This document shows, in pieces, positions 39,025 to 50,927 of a stretch of DNA of 64,000 bases. Source of the stretch: Alphaproteobacteria bacterium (lineage in GTDB: Bacteria > Pseudomonadota > Alphaproteobacteria > UBA828); NCBI GenBank assembly GCA_963422645.2, contig CAXXVO010000004.1, positions 128,001 through 192,000 on the forward strand, written 5' to 3'. The notes under the pieces are model-generated. The model was not told the origin of the DNA, searched no databases, and worked only from the letters and a program-made list of their open reading frames with translations. The translations under genes were made by a program, and so were the position numbers. Position 1 is the stretch's first letter. Every line of letters begins with the position of its first letter.

Positions 39025-41543
39025 CCTCAGACTTCCTGACCTCTGCTGATTTTAGGTGACACGAGCCGCGCGGATTCCGAGGCCCCGTCGATGTCGTAGA
39101 CTATGCGCAGACGGGTGCCGGGGAAGACCGTTTCGGTGGCGTTCAGGTCGCTCAGAACCGCATCGATCCAACGGTCGCAGGCGTCGTTTGCGAGGCCAAG
39201 AATGTGGACCCGCAGGAGGCCATTGCCAGGATCCGGCAGGATGTCGGCATCGGCGGTGAGCAGCGCTTGAAGCAGTTTCCGGGGATGGGGCTTGTGGCCC
39301 TGCGCCTGCATGACGGGAAGCATCATGCGGGTTTCGGCGCGGTAGGCGATCATCCGGATGACGTCGAGGAGGAGGCGCTCGCGCGCGGGCAAGGCATCGA
39401 GCTGCTCGGCTTCGTCGAGGTCGCCGGCCCGGCAGTGCTTGGGCGTCTCCCTGCGGCTGGCCCTGACGATGTCGCGGACATCCTGGAGGTCCCTGACTTC
39501 CCTCCTGAGTTCCGCCGTCGGCTGCTTCTTCCGGGCCGTGTCGGCGATGCGGTTGCGCAGGCGGCCAAGCTGGCGGTCGAGGCGATGGATTGCCTTGTCA
39601 TAGGCCCGCCGCAGCGGGTTGACGACCATGGCGGCGGGATCGAGAGGCTCGAGCTCGTGGGTCGGCAGGGCGTCGAGATTGAACTCGTCACGCATGTACT
39701 TGAAGAAGTTCTCCTGCGACCAGCGCGAGAACATGGCGCCCGCAACCTCAGCCATCGGCTTGTGCGGATCGGTGGTGATCAGCGGCACCTGACGGCCGTT
39801 GTCGAGCAGGCGGCGGATCTGGCGCACCCTGAAGCCGTTCGGCAACGTCACCGGCTTCTCAGCCAGCCGCATGGTGGCGCTGCCGTCCGCCGCCGGTCCG
39901 TGAATGGGAACGGTCATCGCGCCGAAGTCCTCGGCCGGCCAGTCCTCGCCCCTGAAGTTCTTGTGCCAGGTCAGGCAGGCGACGCCGCGCCTCGCCAGCC
40001 GGCGGAACAGATCCGGGCTCCAGCCCTCGCGGTCGAAGACCAGGGTGAGCGCCGGCTGGCCGGGATGCTCGGCGGTCAGGTCCGGCGCCCCGGCGCCAAC
40101 GATCCCAAGCTCCTGCAGCGCCGGCACCACGTCGGCTTCGATGGCCGCGACCATCTTCGGGTCCAGCGGCTTGTGCAGACAGAGCAGCGGCTTGCCGCCC
40201 AGAGCGTTGATCCAGTAGCTGGCGCTCGCCGGCAGGCACAGCTTCTCGCGCGAGACGAAGTGCTTGGGCAAGCGCCCCTTGCGGCCGGAGTAGACCTTGA
40301 CGTGCCCGTCGATGGCCAGCGTCGCCCAGAGCTCCGGCTCGTCGGCGCCTGCCAGCGCCTGGCAAGGGCGAGCTGCCACGCCCGCACGCCGGCCTCGTCG
40401 TCGGCGATGAGAGCGATCTTGCGGCGCAGCGTCTTGACCTCGGGGCAGCGATCGAGGCCGAGAATGGCGCCCCATTCGCCCGGCGCCTGGTAGCGCAGGC
40501 TCTCGGGGTTGCGCACCCGCGCCAAGGTCATGAAGGCCAGGAAGAGCAGGATCGTAGGCAAGCCGTAATAGCCCTTCGGCAGCAATGGCAGGAGACCGGT
40601 CTCGGAGAGAAGACCTTCCTTCAGCAGGGCCGGCAGGGCGGCGAGCACGCCGCCGAAGCGGACACCGCGGGCGGCGGCGGCGAACTGCGGTTCGACCGGC
40701 CCCGCCTGTCCACAACTGGCCAGAACCCGAGCCGGAACATCGCAAGTCGCACGCCCCATCGGCGCCTGCCGGTCCCGCCGATCGCGCGCGCTGCGATCCG
40801 TTTGCGGCTGCGCTTCCAGCCCCGGCGCCGTCTCCGGCCCCGGGGCACCGGTACTCTCTTCATCGACACGGCCTTCAGGAGCCGCACCCGCGTCAGGCGG
40901 CGCAGCCAGCGCTGAGCGTCCGGGCTCCCCATCCGCCTCCGTGTTGCCGATCAGTCCCTGACGGCGCCACTTGTTGACCGATGGCGCTGACACGCCGAGA
41001 ACCCGGGCCGCCGCAGAGCCGCTCAGGCCCGATGCCAGCAACGCCGTCGCCTTCTCCGCCAACTCCGGAGTGAACACCGACGGCCCGCGACCGCGCCGGG
41101 GCTTCATGAACCCCGCTTCGCCCTCGGCCAGGTAGCGCCGTCGTGCGCGCTGCACCGTCGCGCGCGAGACAGCGAAAGCGTCAGCCAGTTCCTGCGGCGA
41201 GACCGCGCTGATCGCCGCGAGGCGGCCGATCCGCAAGAGCATGGCCGTGCGGTCATCGGCGGCGTGGCTGTCAAAGGGAATGAGGTTGGAAAAGTAGGTG
41301 AAGGTGTCGTCCGAGATCAGGACGGCGAAGCAGCTGTTGCCGATCGAGACCGCCTCTGGAGGGCACATTGGGAGGGTACTGGGCATGGTTGAGACCGTGC
41401 AATTGGTATCAAATTATAATATCAGACCTCGGGCGCGACACCCAGCGAAAAACCGCCTGAAACAACCGAAATGTATCAGAATTCAAGGAGTTCCCGGCAC
41501 GCTGCCCAGAACAGCCAGCATCACGAGGTCAGGAAGTCTGAGG
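39025..41543 (-). mobile_element. Unclassified about 2.5-kb DDE insertion element
   Basis: IR (CCT)CAGACTTCCTGACCTC / GAGGTCAGGAAGTCTG(AGG); exact ends ambiguous by 3 bp. Confidence 0.85.
39027..41386 (-). pseudogene. Large putative DDE transposase with N-terminal HTHs, frameshift near 40350
   Basis: Two HTHs, LGLDRCPEVKTLRRK, IDGH, FDREG, RWSQENFFK. Confidence 0.8.
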
Positions 41544-42056
41544 ATATCGCCGTTCCGGCGAGGCTTGTGGCGCTGATCGAGCGCCGATACGACGAGATCA
41601 TCGCCGATGCGCTGGCCTTTCACGAATAACGAGGCGGAGCGTGACATCCGTATGAACAAAGTGCATGAGAAGATCTCAGGCGGCTTCCGCTCCCCGCAAG
41701 GCGCCTGCAACTTCGCCGGAATGCGCAGCGTCATCGTCACCGCTCGAAAGCAAGGCTGGAACATCCTGCAAATCCTGGCGCACCCGGAACCGATGCAGCT
41801 GATCCCTATACTGCGCTCCTGAACTTCTCCGGCTCATCCTGAGTATCGCTGTCCTCTCATCTTGTTCGCGACGCGGCGTTCATCATCCTCTCGCGCTCAA
41901 GAGAGTAGGCACCCCCGCGGCGTGGGGGCGTTGACGCAAAAGGAACTGGCTTGTTCCATAAGAGAGAGGGGGTACCTGGGCAGTTACGACAAATCAGACG
42001 ACCTGGGCAGTTACGAAACGATAAAGCGGCCTTCGGGGGCCGGGGAGTGACGACCC

Positions 42057-42410
42057 ATCGGGCGGTTGACGACACATGTGCTTGACTTGACGTTGGGCAC
42101 GCCGGCGCGGGGATTGAAGCTGGAGCTTTGGCGCCTGGACGGCGCGGCGGCGGAGCGACTCAAGACGGTCGTGACGAACGACGATGGCCGGATTGAGGGC
42201 GCCCTGCTGGACGGGGAGGCCTTTGCCGCCGGGACCTACGAGCTGCGCTTCATGGCAGGCGACTATCGAAGGCGCGCGGGCGGGCCGCTTGCCGAACCGC
42301 CCTTCCTCGATGTCGTGCCGGTGCGCTTTGGTGTCGCAGATCCGCAAGGCCACTACCACGTCCCGCTGCTACTTTCCGCGTATGGCTACTCCACCTATCG
42401 CGGCAGCTGA
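42057..42410 (+). CDS. uraH: 5-hydroxyisourate hydrolase (start ATC 42057 or TTG 42066)
   Basis: TTHVLD..G.PA, TNDDGR, HYHVPLL, YSTYRGS. Confidence 0.93.
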   Translation: MGRLTTHVLDLTLGTPARGLKLELWRLDGAAAERLKTVVTNDDGRIEGALLDGEAFAAGTYELRFMAGDYRRRAGGPLAEPPFLDVVPVRFGVADPQGHYHVPLLLSAYGYSTYRGS

Positions 42411-42413
42411 GGC

Positions 42414-43901
42414 ATGACGCGCTCGTCGGTCCGGTTTCTCCACTGCGGCGAGGTCGTCGCTCTGACAGACGTCGGCGCGAACGAGACCCTCCTCGACTAC
42501 CTTCGGCTGCGCCGCTATGCCTGCGGCACCAAGGAGGGCTGCGCCGAGGGCGACTGCGGCGCCTGCACCGTGGCGCTCGGCACCCTGAAGGACGGCAGGC
42601 TGGAGTACGCGCCGGTCAACGCCTGCATCTGCCTTCTCGGCATGATCGACGGCAAGGAGCTGGTCGTGGTGGAAGACCTGGCCGGCTCGGGCGGCTCGCT
42701 GCATCCGGTGCAGGACGCGCTGCTCAGACATCACGGCAGCCAATGCGGCTTCTGTACGCCGGGCATCGTGATGAGCCTCTTCACGCTCTACCACGATGGC
42801 GGGCGCTGCGACCGGCAGGCGGTGAACGACGCGCTCGCCGGCAATCTCTGCCGCTGCACCGGCTACCGGCCGATCGTCGATGCCGCGCTGGAGGCGTGCG
42901 CCGGGACGCCCCGCGACGCATTCGCCGAGCGCCACGCAGCGACCGTCGAATGCCTGGCGGCGCTCGACGATGGCGAGGACCTCTTCGTCGGCGATGAGGC
43001 GACGGGCTTCCTTGCGGCGCCGGCCACGGTCGATGCCCTGGCCAGCCTCTACGCGCGCCACCCGGACGCGACGCTGGTCGCGGGCGCCACGGATGTCGGG
43101 TTGTGGATCACCAAGCAGATGCGGGCGCTGCCGAAGATCATTCACCTGGGAAGGGTGGCCGGTCTGGCGGAGATCCGCGAGACCGAGCAGGGTTTCCATT
43201 TCGGCGCCGGCGTCACCCATGCGCAGGCCGAGGCCGCCATGGCGGCGATCGATCCCGATCTCCTCGAGTTGTTTCGCCGCTTCGGCGGTAAGCAGGTCCG
43301 CGCGGTGGGGACACTTGGCGGCAACATCGCCAACGGCTCCCCGATCGGCGATTCGATGCCCGCCCTGATCGCGCTCGGCACGACGCTGCACCTGCGTCGG
43401 GGCGAGGCGACGCGGTCGATGCCGCTCGAGGACTTCTTTATCGACTACGGCAAGCAGGACCGGGCGGCGGGCGAGTTCGTGACCGGGATCGACGTGCCAC
43501 GCCTCGGCTCAGGCGAGGTCTTCCGCTGCTACAAGATCTCCAAGCGTTTCGATCAGGACATCTCCGCCCTGCTGGGCGCCTTCAGGTTCACCGTGGAGGG
43601 GCGCTGCGTCACCCACGCGCGTGCCGCCTTCGGCGGCATGGCCGCCACGCCCAAGCGGGCCGCCGCTACGGAAGCCGCCCTCAAGGGGCTCTGGCTTGAC
43701 GACCCGCATGAGCGGGACGGCGCCTGCGAGGCTCTGGCGACGGATTTCCAGCCCATCGACGACATGCGGGCCAGCGCGCGCTACCGGCTGGAGACGGCGC
43801 AGGCGTTGCTGCGCAAGGCCCTGCACGAGGCAGGCGGCGAGGCGAGCGCCGCGACCCGGCTCGTGGGCCTGCGGCCGGGGGAGGCGGAGCGTGCCGCCTG
43901 A
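42414..43901 (+). CDS. xdhA: Xanthine dehydrogenase small subunit
   Basis: GTKEGCAEGDCGACT, QCGFCTPG, GNLCRCTGY, YKISKRFDQDIS. Confidence 0.95.
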   Translation: MTRSSVRFLHCGEVVALTDVGANETLLDYLRLRRYACGTKEGCAEGDCGACTVALGTLKDGRLEYAPVNACICLLGMIDGKELVVVEDLAGSGGSLHPVQDALLRHHGSQCGFCTPGIVMSLFTLYHDGGRCDRQAVNDALAGNLCRCTGYRPIVDAALEACAGTPRDAFAERHAATVECLAALDDGEDLFVGDEATGFLAAPATVDALASLYARHPDATLVAGATDVGLWITKQMRALPKIIHLGRVAGLAEIRETEQGFHFGAGVTHAQAEAAMAAIDPDLLELFRRFGGKQVRAVGTLGGNIANGSPIGDSMPALIALGTTLHLRRGEATRSMPLEDFFIDYGKQDRAAGEFVTGIDVPRLGSGEVFRCYKISKRFDQDISALLGAFRFTVEGRCVTHARAAFGGMAATPKRAAATEAALKGLWLDDPHERDGACEALATDFQPIDDMRASARYRLETAQALLRKALHEAGGEASAATRLVGLRPGEAERAA

Positions 43902-46224
43902 CCTTCTTCAAGCGGAGCAGCCCACGCGCGTTGACGACGACGGCGCGGTCGGCCGCGCGCTCGCCCATGACAGCGCCCTCGGGCACGTCCAGGGTACGGC
44001 GCGCTACATCGACGACCTTCCCGAAACGGCGGCGCTGGTGCATGTCGCGCCCGGATACGCCGCGCATGCCGCGCGCGGACGGATCGCCGCGCTCGACCTC
44101 GATGCGGTGCGGGCCGCGCCCGGCGTCGTGGCGGTTCTGACCGCCGCCGACATTCCGGGAAAGAACGACTGCAGCCCGGTCTTCGGCGACGACCCGATCC
44201 TCGCCGACGGCCGCATCGCGTTTCACGGCCAGGTGGTCTTCGCGGTGGCGGCGCTGAGCCGGGACGAGGCCCGCCGCGCCTGCCGCCAGGCCCGCATCAC
44301 GGTGGAGGAGGAGGAGCCTCGCGTCTCGGTCGAGGCAGGCCTCGACTCGGGCGAGATGGTGCTGCCCGACTACCAGTTCCTGCGCGGCGAGCCGGGCGCG
44401 GACTTGAAGCGGGCCCGGCATACCGCGTCGGGCTCCCTCCACGTCGGCGGTCAGGAGCATTTCTATCTTGAAGGGCAGGTCGCCCTGGCGCTCCCCGGCG
44501 AGGGCGGTTCGATGCACGTCCATTCGTCAACGCAGCATCCCTCCGAAATCCAGCACCTCGTAGCGGCCATGCTGGGGAAACCGGACGCGGACGTGGTGTG
44601 CGAATGCCGGCGCATGGGCGGCGCCTTCGGTGGCAAGGAGAGCCAGGCGGCGCAGTGGGCCTGCCTTGCCGCGCTCGCGGCGAGCGTGACCGGTGCGGCG
44701 GCCAAGATCCGCCTCGACCGCGACGACGACATCATCATGACCGGCAAGCGGCACGACTTCCGGGTCGACTACAGCTACGGCTGCGACGAGCGGGGGAGGC
44801 TGCTGGCGGTCGACGCCGCGCTCAGCGCACGCTGCGGCTACTCGGCCGATCTCTCCATGGCCGTCTGCGACCGGGCCATGTTCCATGCCGACAACGCCTA
44901 CTACTATCCGAGCGCGCGGATCCTTTCGCGGCGGGTCAAGACCGACACGGTCTCGAACACGGCGTTCAGGGGCTTCGGCGGCCCACAGGGCATGATGCTC
45001 GCCGAACAGATGATGGACGACATCGCCTGCCGGCTCGGCCTGGACCCGCTGGATGTGCGAAAGCGCAATCTCTACGGCCGCGGGCGGGACGTCACGCCCT
45101 ACGGCATGAAGGTCGGCGAGAACACCCTTTCCCGACTGGTGCGCGCGCTGGAGAAGACCTGCGACTACCGCGAGCGGCGCCAGGACATCGCGGCCTTCAA
45201 CGAGAGCAACCGCTTTCTCAAGAAGGGGATGTCACTCACGCCGGTCAAGTTCGGGATCGCCTTCACGCTGAAGCACCTCAACCAGGCGGGTGCGCTGGTG
45301 CACGTCTATACCGATGGCTCCGTGCTGGTGAACCACGGCGGCACCGAGATGGGGCAGGGGCTCCACACCAAGGTCGCGCAGGTCGTGGCGGAGGAGTTCG
45401 GCATCGGCTTCGACAAGGTGAGGATCACCGCGACGAAGACCGACATGGTGCCCAACACCACGCCGACCGCCGCGTCGTCCGGCTCCGATCTGAACGGCAT
45501 GGCGGCGAAGCGGGCGGCCGCCACGATCAAGGACCGCATGGCGGCCCTGGCCGGCCGGCTCTATCAGGTGCCCAAGGCGGAGGTCCGCTTCGCCGGCGGC
45601 ACGGTCACGGTCGGCAAGCGGGACATCCCCTTCGCCGAGCTGGCGAAGACCTGCTTCCTCGAACGGGTCTCGCTGTCTTCGACCGGCTACTTCGCGACAC
45701 CGAAGATCACCTGGGACCGTGCGTCGGCGAGCGGGCGGCCCTTCCTCTACTTCGCCTATGGCGCCGCCTGCTCGGAGGTGACGATCGATACGCTCACCGG
45801 CGAGATGCGGGTGGATCGGGTGGACCTGCTGCACGACGTCGGCAACTCGCTCAATCCCGCCATCGACATCGGCCAGATCGAAGGCGGCTTCGTGCAGGGC
45901 ATGGGTTGGCTCACCACCGAGGAGCTGGTGTTCGATGCCAAGGGCCGGCTCACGACCCACGCGCCCTCCACCTACAAGATACCGGTCGCGAGCGATGTGC
46001 CGGAGGACTTCAGGGTTGCGCTCTGGGAATCCAAGGGCAACAGGGAGGCGACCATCTATCGCTCGAAGGCGGTGGGCGAGCCGCCGCTCATGCTGGCGAT
46101 CTCGGTGTTCTCGGCGATCTCCAACGCCATCGCGAGCCTCAGACCCGGGCGGGTGCCGGCGCTCGATGCGCCGGCGACACCGGAAGCGATCATGCGCGCG
46201 ATCCGCTCCATGCAGGATGCGTGA
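43891..46224 (+). CDS. xdhB: Xanthine dehydrogenase molybdopterin subunit
   Basis: GGQEHFYLEGQ, RMGGAFGGKESQ, AFRGFGGPQG, GGTEMGQGL, SKAVGEPP. Confidence 0.95.
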   Translation: MPPDLLQAEQPTRVDDDGAVGRALAHDSALGHVQGTARYIDDLPETAALVHVAPGYAAHAARGRIAALDLDAVRAAPGVVAVLTAADIPGKNDCSPVFGDDPILADGRIAFHGQVVFAVAALSRDEARRACRQARITVEEEEPRVSVEAGLDSGEMVLPDYQFLRGEPGADLKRARHTASGSLHVGGQEHFYLEGQVALALPGEGGSMHVHSSTQHPSEIQHLVAAMLGKPDADVVCECRRMGGAFGGKESQAAQWACLAALAASVTGAAAKIRLDRDDDIIMTGKRHDFRVDYSYGCDERGRLLAVDAALSARCGYSADLSMAVCDRAMFHADNAYYYPSARILSRRVKTDTVSNTAFRGFGGPQGMMLAEQMMDDIACRLGLDPLDVRKRNLYGRGRDVTPYGMKVGENTLSRLVRALEKTCDYRERRQDIAAFNESNRFLKKGMSLTPVKFGIAFTLKHLNQAGALVHVYTDGSVLVNHGGTEMGQGLHTKVAQVVAEEFGIGFDKVRITATKTDMVPNTTPTAASSGSDLNGMAAKRAAATIKDRMAALAGRLYQVPKAEVRFAGGTVTVGKRDIPFAELAKTCFLERVSLSSTGYFATPKITWDRASASGRPFLYFAYGAACSEVTIDTLTGEMRVDRVDLLHDVGNSLNPAIDIGQIEGGFVQGMGWLTTEELVFDAKGRLTTHAPSTYKIPVASDVPEDFRVALWESKGNREATIYRSKAVGEPPLMLAISVFSAISNAIASLRPGRVPALDAPATPEAIMRAIRSMQDA

Positions 46225-46233
46225 GGCGAGGCG

Positions 46234-47220
46234 ATGAAGACCTGGGCGACTATCGGCCGGGCGCTCCGCGATGAGCAGAGCTGCGCCATGGTCAGCATTG
46301 TCGATGCCAGGGGCTCGGCGCCCCGCGAACCAGGTGCGCGCATGGTCGTGCTGGCGGACGGCTCGTTCGCCGGCACCATCGGCGGCGGCACGCTGGAGTG
46401 GCAGGCGATCGAGCGCGCCCGCGCCGCGTTGGCGAAGGGTGCAGCAGACGGGGAAGCTCCTCCGGTGGGCCTCTCACGAATGGCGCTCGGCCCCGATCTC
46501 GGCCAGTGTTGCGGCGGCTCGGTGCGCATCCTGTTGGAAGTGTTCGCGCCCGGACGAGCCGTCGAGGTGCAGGCGCTCGCCGAGGCTGAATGCGCGGGGC
46601 TCTTCGCCACCGAGGGCCGCATCGCCGAGCGCTGCGTGGAGCGGACCATTCTGGATCGCGATTTGCCCGGCGGCGAAGACAGCCTGCTCGCGGCCGACGG
46701 ACGCCTGCTGGAGCGCTTCGGCACGCGGAAGCAGGTTCTGGCGCTCATCGGCGCCGGCCATGTCGGACGCGCCATGATCATCGCACTCGCGCCGCTCGAC
46801 TTCAGCGTGGTGTGGATCGATCCACGCAAGGACGAGTTTCCTGCCATCGTGCCGGGCGACGTGCGTGTCGTGGTGGCGGCGGAACCGGCGGCCGAGCTGG
46901 CCGCGGTGCCCGATGGCGCTTTCGTGCTGGTGATGTCCCACAGCCACGCGCTCGACTTCGACGTCGTCCTCGCCGCACTCAGGACGAGGCGGTTCGGCTA
47001 TGTCGGCCTGATCGGCTCGGCGTCGAAGAAGGCCCGTTTCATCAGCCGTATGCGGCAAGCGGGCCTGGCGGACGACGATATCGAACGGCTGGTCTGTCCC
47101 ATCGGAATCGACGGCATCGAGTCGAAGCAGCCGGCGGTCATCGCCGCGTCGGTGGTCGCGGACCTGCTGCGCCGCAGGGACGCGATGGTCGAGACGCACG
47201 GCGCGGAGGCCTCGTCCTAA
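46234..47220 (+). CDS. xdhC: Xanthine dehydrogenase accessory protein
   Basis: GSAPREPGARM, LGQCCGG, GAGHVG, HSHALD, GLIGS. Confidence 0.93.
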   Translation: MKTWATIGRALRDEQSCAMVSIVDARGSAPREPGARMVVLADGSFAGTIGGGTLEWQAIERARAALAKGAADGEAPPVGLSRMALGPDLGQCCGGSVRILLEVFAPGRAVEVQALAEAECAGLFATEGRIAERCVERTILDRDLPGGEDSLLAADGRLLERFGTRKQVLALIGAGHVGRAMIIALAPLDFSVVWIDPRKDEFPAIVPGDVRVVVAAEPAAELAAVPDGAFVLVMSHSHALDFDVVLAALRTRRFGYVGLIGSASKKARFISRMRQAGLADDDIERLVCPIGIDGIESKQPAVIAASVVADLLRRRDAMVETHGAEASS

Positions 47221-47252
47221 GGACCCGCGGGTCCGGGACGAGCACCAGCGCC

Positions 47253-48823
<1,571 letters not shown>

Positions 48824-48827
<4 letters not shown>

Positions 48828-49882
48828 TCCTCAGGTTGGAAAGGCGCAGCCAGCGCTCGACGCTGATGGCGTTCTTGTCGCCGGTGCTGGCGATCGGAAT
48901 CACGCTCGCACTCGGCGCCATCATGTTCATGGCCTTGGGCTTCGATCCCGGCGAAGCGCTCTACATCTACTTTATCGATCCGCTGACCAGCGCCTGGTCC
49001 ATCGAGGAGGTGGTCGTCAAGGCCGCGCCGCTCATCCTGATCGGCGTCGGCCTCGCCGTCTGCTACACCGCCAATGTCTGGAACATCGGTGCGGAGGGCC
49101 AGCTTACGTTCGGCGCCCTCCTCGGCGCCTCCATCCCGATCTATTTCCCCGAGTGGCAGTCGCCGCTGGTCCTGATCCTCATGCTGGTTCTCGGCATCGC
49201 GGGCGGGGCGCTCTTCGCCGCGATCCCGGCGTTCCTGAAGAACCGTTTCTCCGCCAACGAGATCCTGACCAGCCTGATGCTCGTCTACGTTGCCCAGCTG
49301 CTGCTCGACTGGCTGGTGCGCGGGCCCTGGCGCGACCCCGACGGCTACAACTTCCCTCAGTCCATATTGTTCGAGGGCTGGCAGGTCATACCGCCTCTGG
49401 GCGAGGGACGGGTGCATATCGGCGCCATCTTCGCCATCGTCGCCGTCATCGTCGTCGCGTTCATGATGGGACGGACGCTGCGCGGCTTCGAGATCCGCGT
49501 CGTCGGCACCTCGCCGCGCGCCGGCTCATTCGCCGGCTTCAAAGGGAAGCGGGTGGTCCTGTTCTGCTTCATGCTGTCAGGCGCCCTCGCCGGGCTGGCC
49601 GGCATCTGCGAAGTCGCGGGCCCGAGCGGGCAACTGCAGCCGAACGTCTCCCCCGGCTACGGTTTCACCGCGATCATCGTCGCCTTCCTCGGTCGCCTGA
49701 ACCCGATCGGCGTGTTCTTCGCGGGCGTCCTGCTCGCGATCAGCTACATGGGCGGAGAAGGGGTGCAAGTGATACTCGGTATCTCCGACAAGACGACCCA
49801 GGTGTTCCAGGGCATGCTGCTCTTCCTCATCCTGGCCTGCGACACGCTGATCCGTTACCGCATCAGGCTCGTTAGGGCCTAG
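48824..49882 (+). CDS. ABC transporter permease
   Basis: WNIGAEGQ, NEILTSLML, GYGFTAIIVAFLGRLNP. Confidence 0.93.
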
Positions 49883-49913
49883 AAGATGACGGCGGAGGTC
49901 TAGGAAGCGGTCG

Positions 49914-50834
49914 ATGGAAGCCCTTGAAGCCGTCATTCTGACGATCATCACGGCGTCCACGCCATTACTGCTGGCGGCGACCGGAGAGCTCGTCACGGAG
50001 CGCTCGGGCGTCCTCAACCTGGGCGTCGAGGGCATGATGATCATGGGCGCGGTCTGCAGCTTCGCCGCCGCCTTTACGACCGGCTCGGCGCTGCTCGGCA
50101 TTCTGGTCGGGCTCTACGCGGGCGTCGCAACCTCGATGCTCTTCGCCTTCCTGACCCAGACCTTGATGACCTCGCAGGTTGCGACCGGGCTGTCGCTCAC
50201 TTTGCTGGGCCTGGGGTTGTCCGGCCTGATCGGCGAGGGATTCACGGGGCTGCCCGGGGAGAAGCTCGAATCGATCCACATCCCCTTGCTCACCGACATC
50301 CCCTTCATCGGACCGATCCTCTTCGGCCAGGACATCCTGGTCTACGCCTCGCTCGCGCTGATCGCGGCCGTCAGTTACGTGCTCTTTCGCACCCGGATCG
50401 GCCTGGTCATCAACGCGGTGGGCAACAATCACCATTCCGCCCATGCCTTGGGCTACAGCGTGATCGGGGTGCGCTACGCCTGCATCGCCTTCGGCGGCGC
50501 CTGCTCGGGCCTCGCCGGCACGTACCTGGCACTTGCCTACACCACGCAGTGGATCGAGAGCATGAGCGCGGGCCGCGGCTGGATCGCACTCGCGCTGGTC
50601 GTCTTTTCCACCTGGCTGCCCGGGCGCCTGCTGATCGGGGCCTATCTCTTCGGCACGGTCTGGATCATGGGCCTCTACGTCCAGGGTCTGGGCGTCGGAA
50701 TCCCGTCGCAGCTATTGTCGTCCCTGCCCTACCTCGTCACGATAGTGGTGTTGGTGATCATCTCAGGGAACAGGTCATTGATCAGGGTGAACACGCCCGC
50801 AATGATCGGGCAACCGTTTGCGCCCGAGAGGTAG
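49914..50834 (+). CDS. ABC transporter permease
   Basis: ERSGVLNLGVEGMM, AGRGWIALALV, LPY. Confidence 0.93.
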   Translation: MEALEAVILTIITASTPLLLAATGELVTERSGVLNLGVEGMMIMGAVCSFAAAFTTGSALLGILVGLYAGVATSMLFAFLTQTLMTSQVATGLSLTLLGLGLSGLIGEGFTGLPGEKLESIHIPLLTDIPFIGPILFGQDILVYASLALIAAVSYVLFRTRIGLVINAVGNNHHSAHALGYSVIGVRYACIAFGGACSGLAGTYLALAYTTQWIESMSAGRGWIALALVVFSTWLPGRLLIGAYLFGTVWIMGLYVQGLGVGIPSQLLSSLPYLVTIVVLVIISGNRSLIRVNTPAMIGQPFAPER

Positions 50835-50927
50835 AGGGGGGAGTGACGCCGCCGGTGCGCTACGATGTGCGTTGGCGGATTGAAGCGTTTGACTGTCTGG
50901 ACCCTTGCTGACGTGAAAGGAGACATC

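Larger units (their letters stand above)
37757..41822 (+). pseudogene. IS66-A transposase split by insertion (37757-39027 and about 41619-41822)
   Basis: Breaks at RRIGHNL; 3' part TNNEAERDIR..PILRS resumes after an 85-bp B-derived patch. Confidence 0.88.
36953..41987 (+). mobile_element. IS66-A copy 2 inserted in the left end of B, interrupted and mosaic
   Basis: Same IRs as A; TSD GACAAATC at 36945-36952 and 41988-41995. Confidence 0.93.
33085..42014 (-). mobile_element. Nested composite: IS66-B containing IS1634 and IS66-A, which itself contains an unclassified IS
   Basis: B termini at 33085 and 42014; removing inserts and duplications leaves exactly 1879 bp; outer flanks GGCTTGTA / GAAACGAT do not match. 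Confidence 0.9.

Noticed and set aside
41925-41965. Possible outward promoter (TTGACG) in A's end driving uraH
   Set aside because: No acceptable -10 at 16-18 bp spacing.
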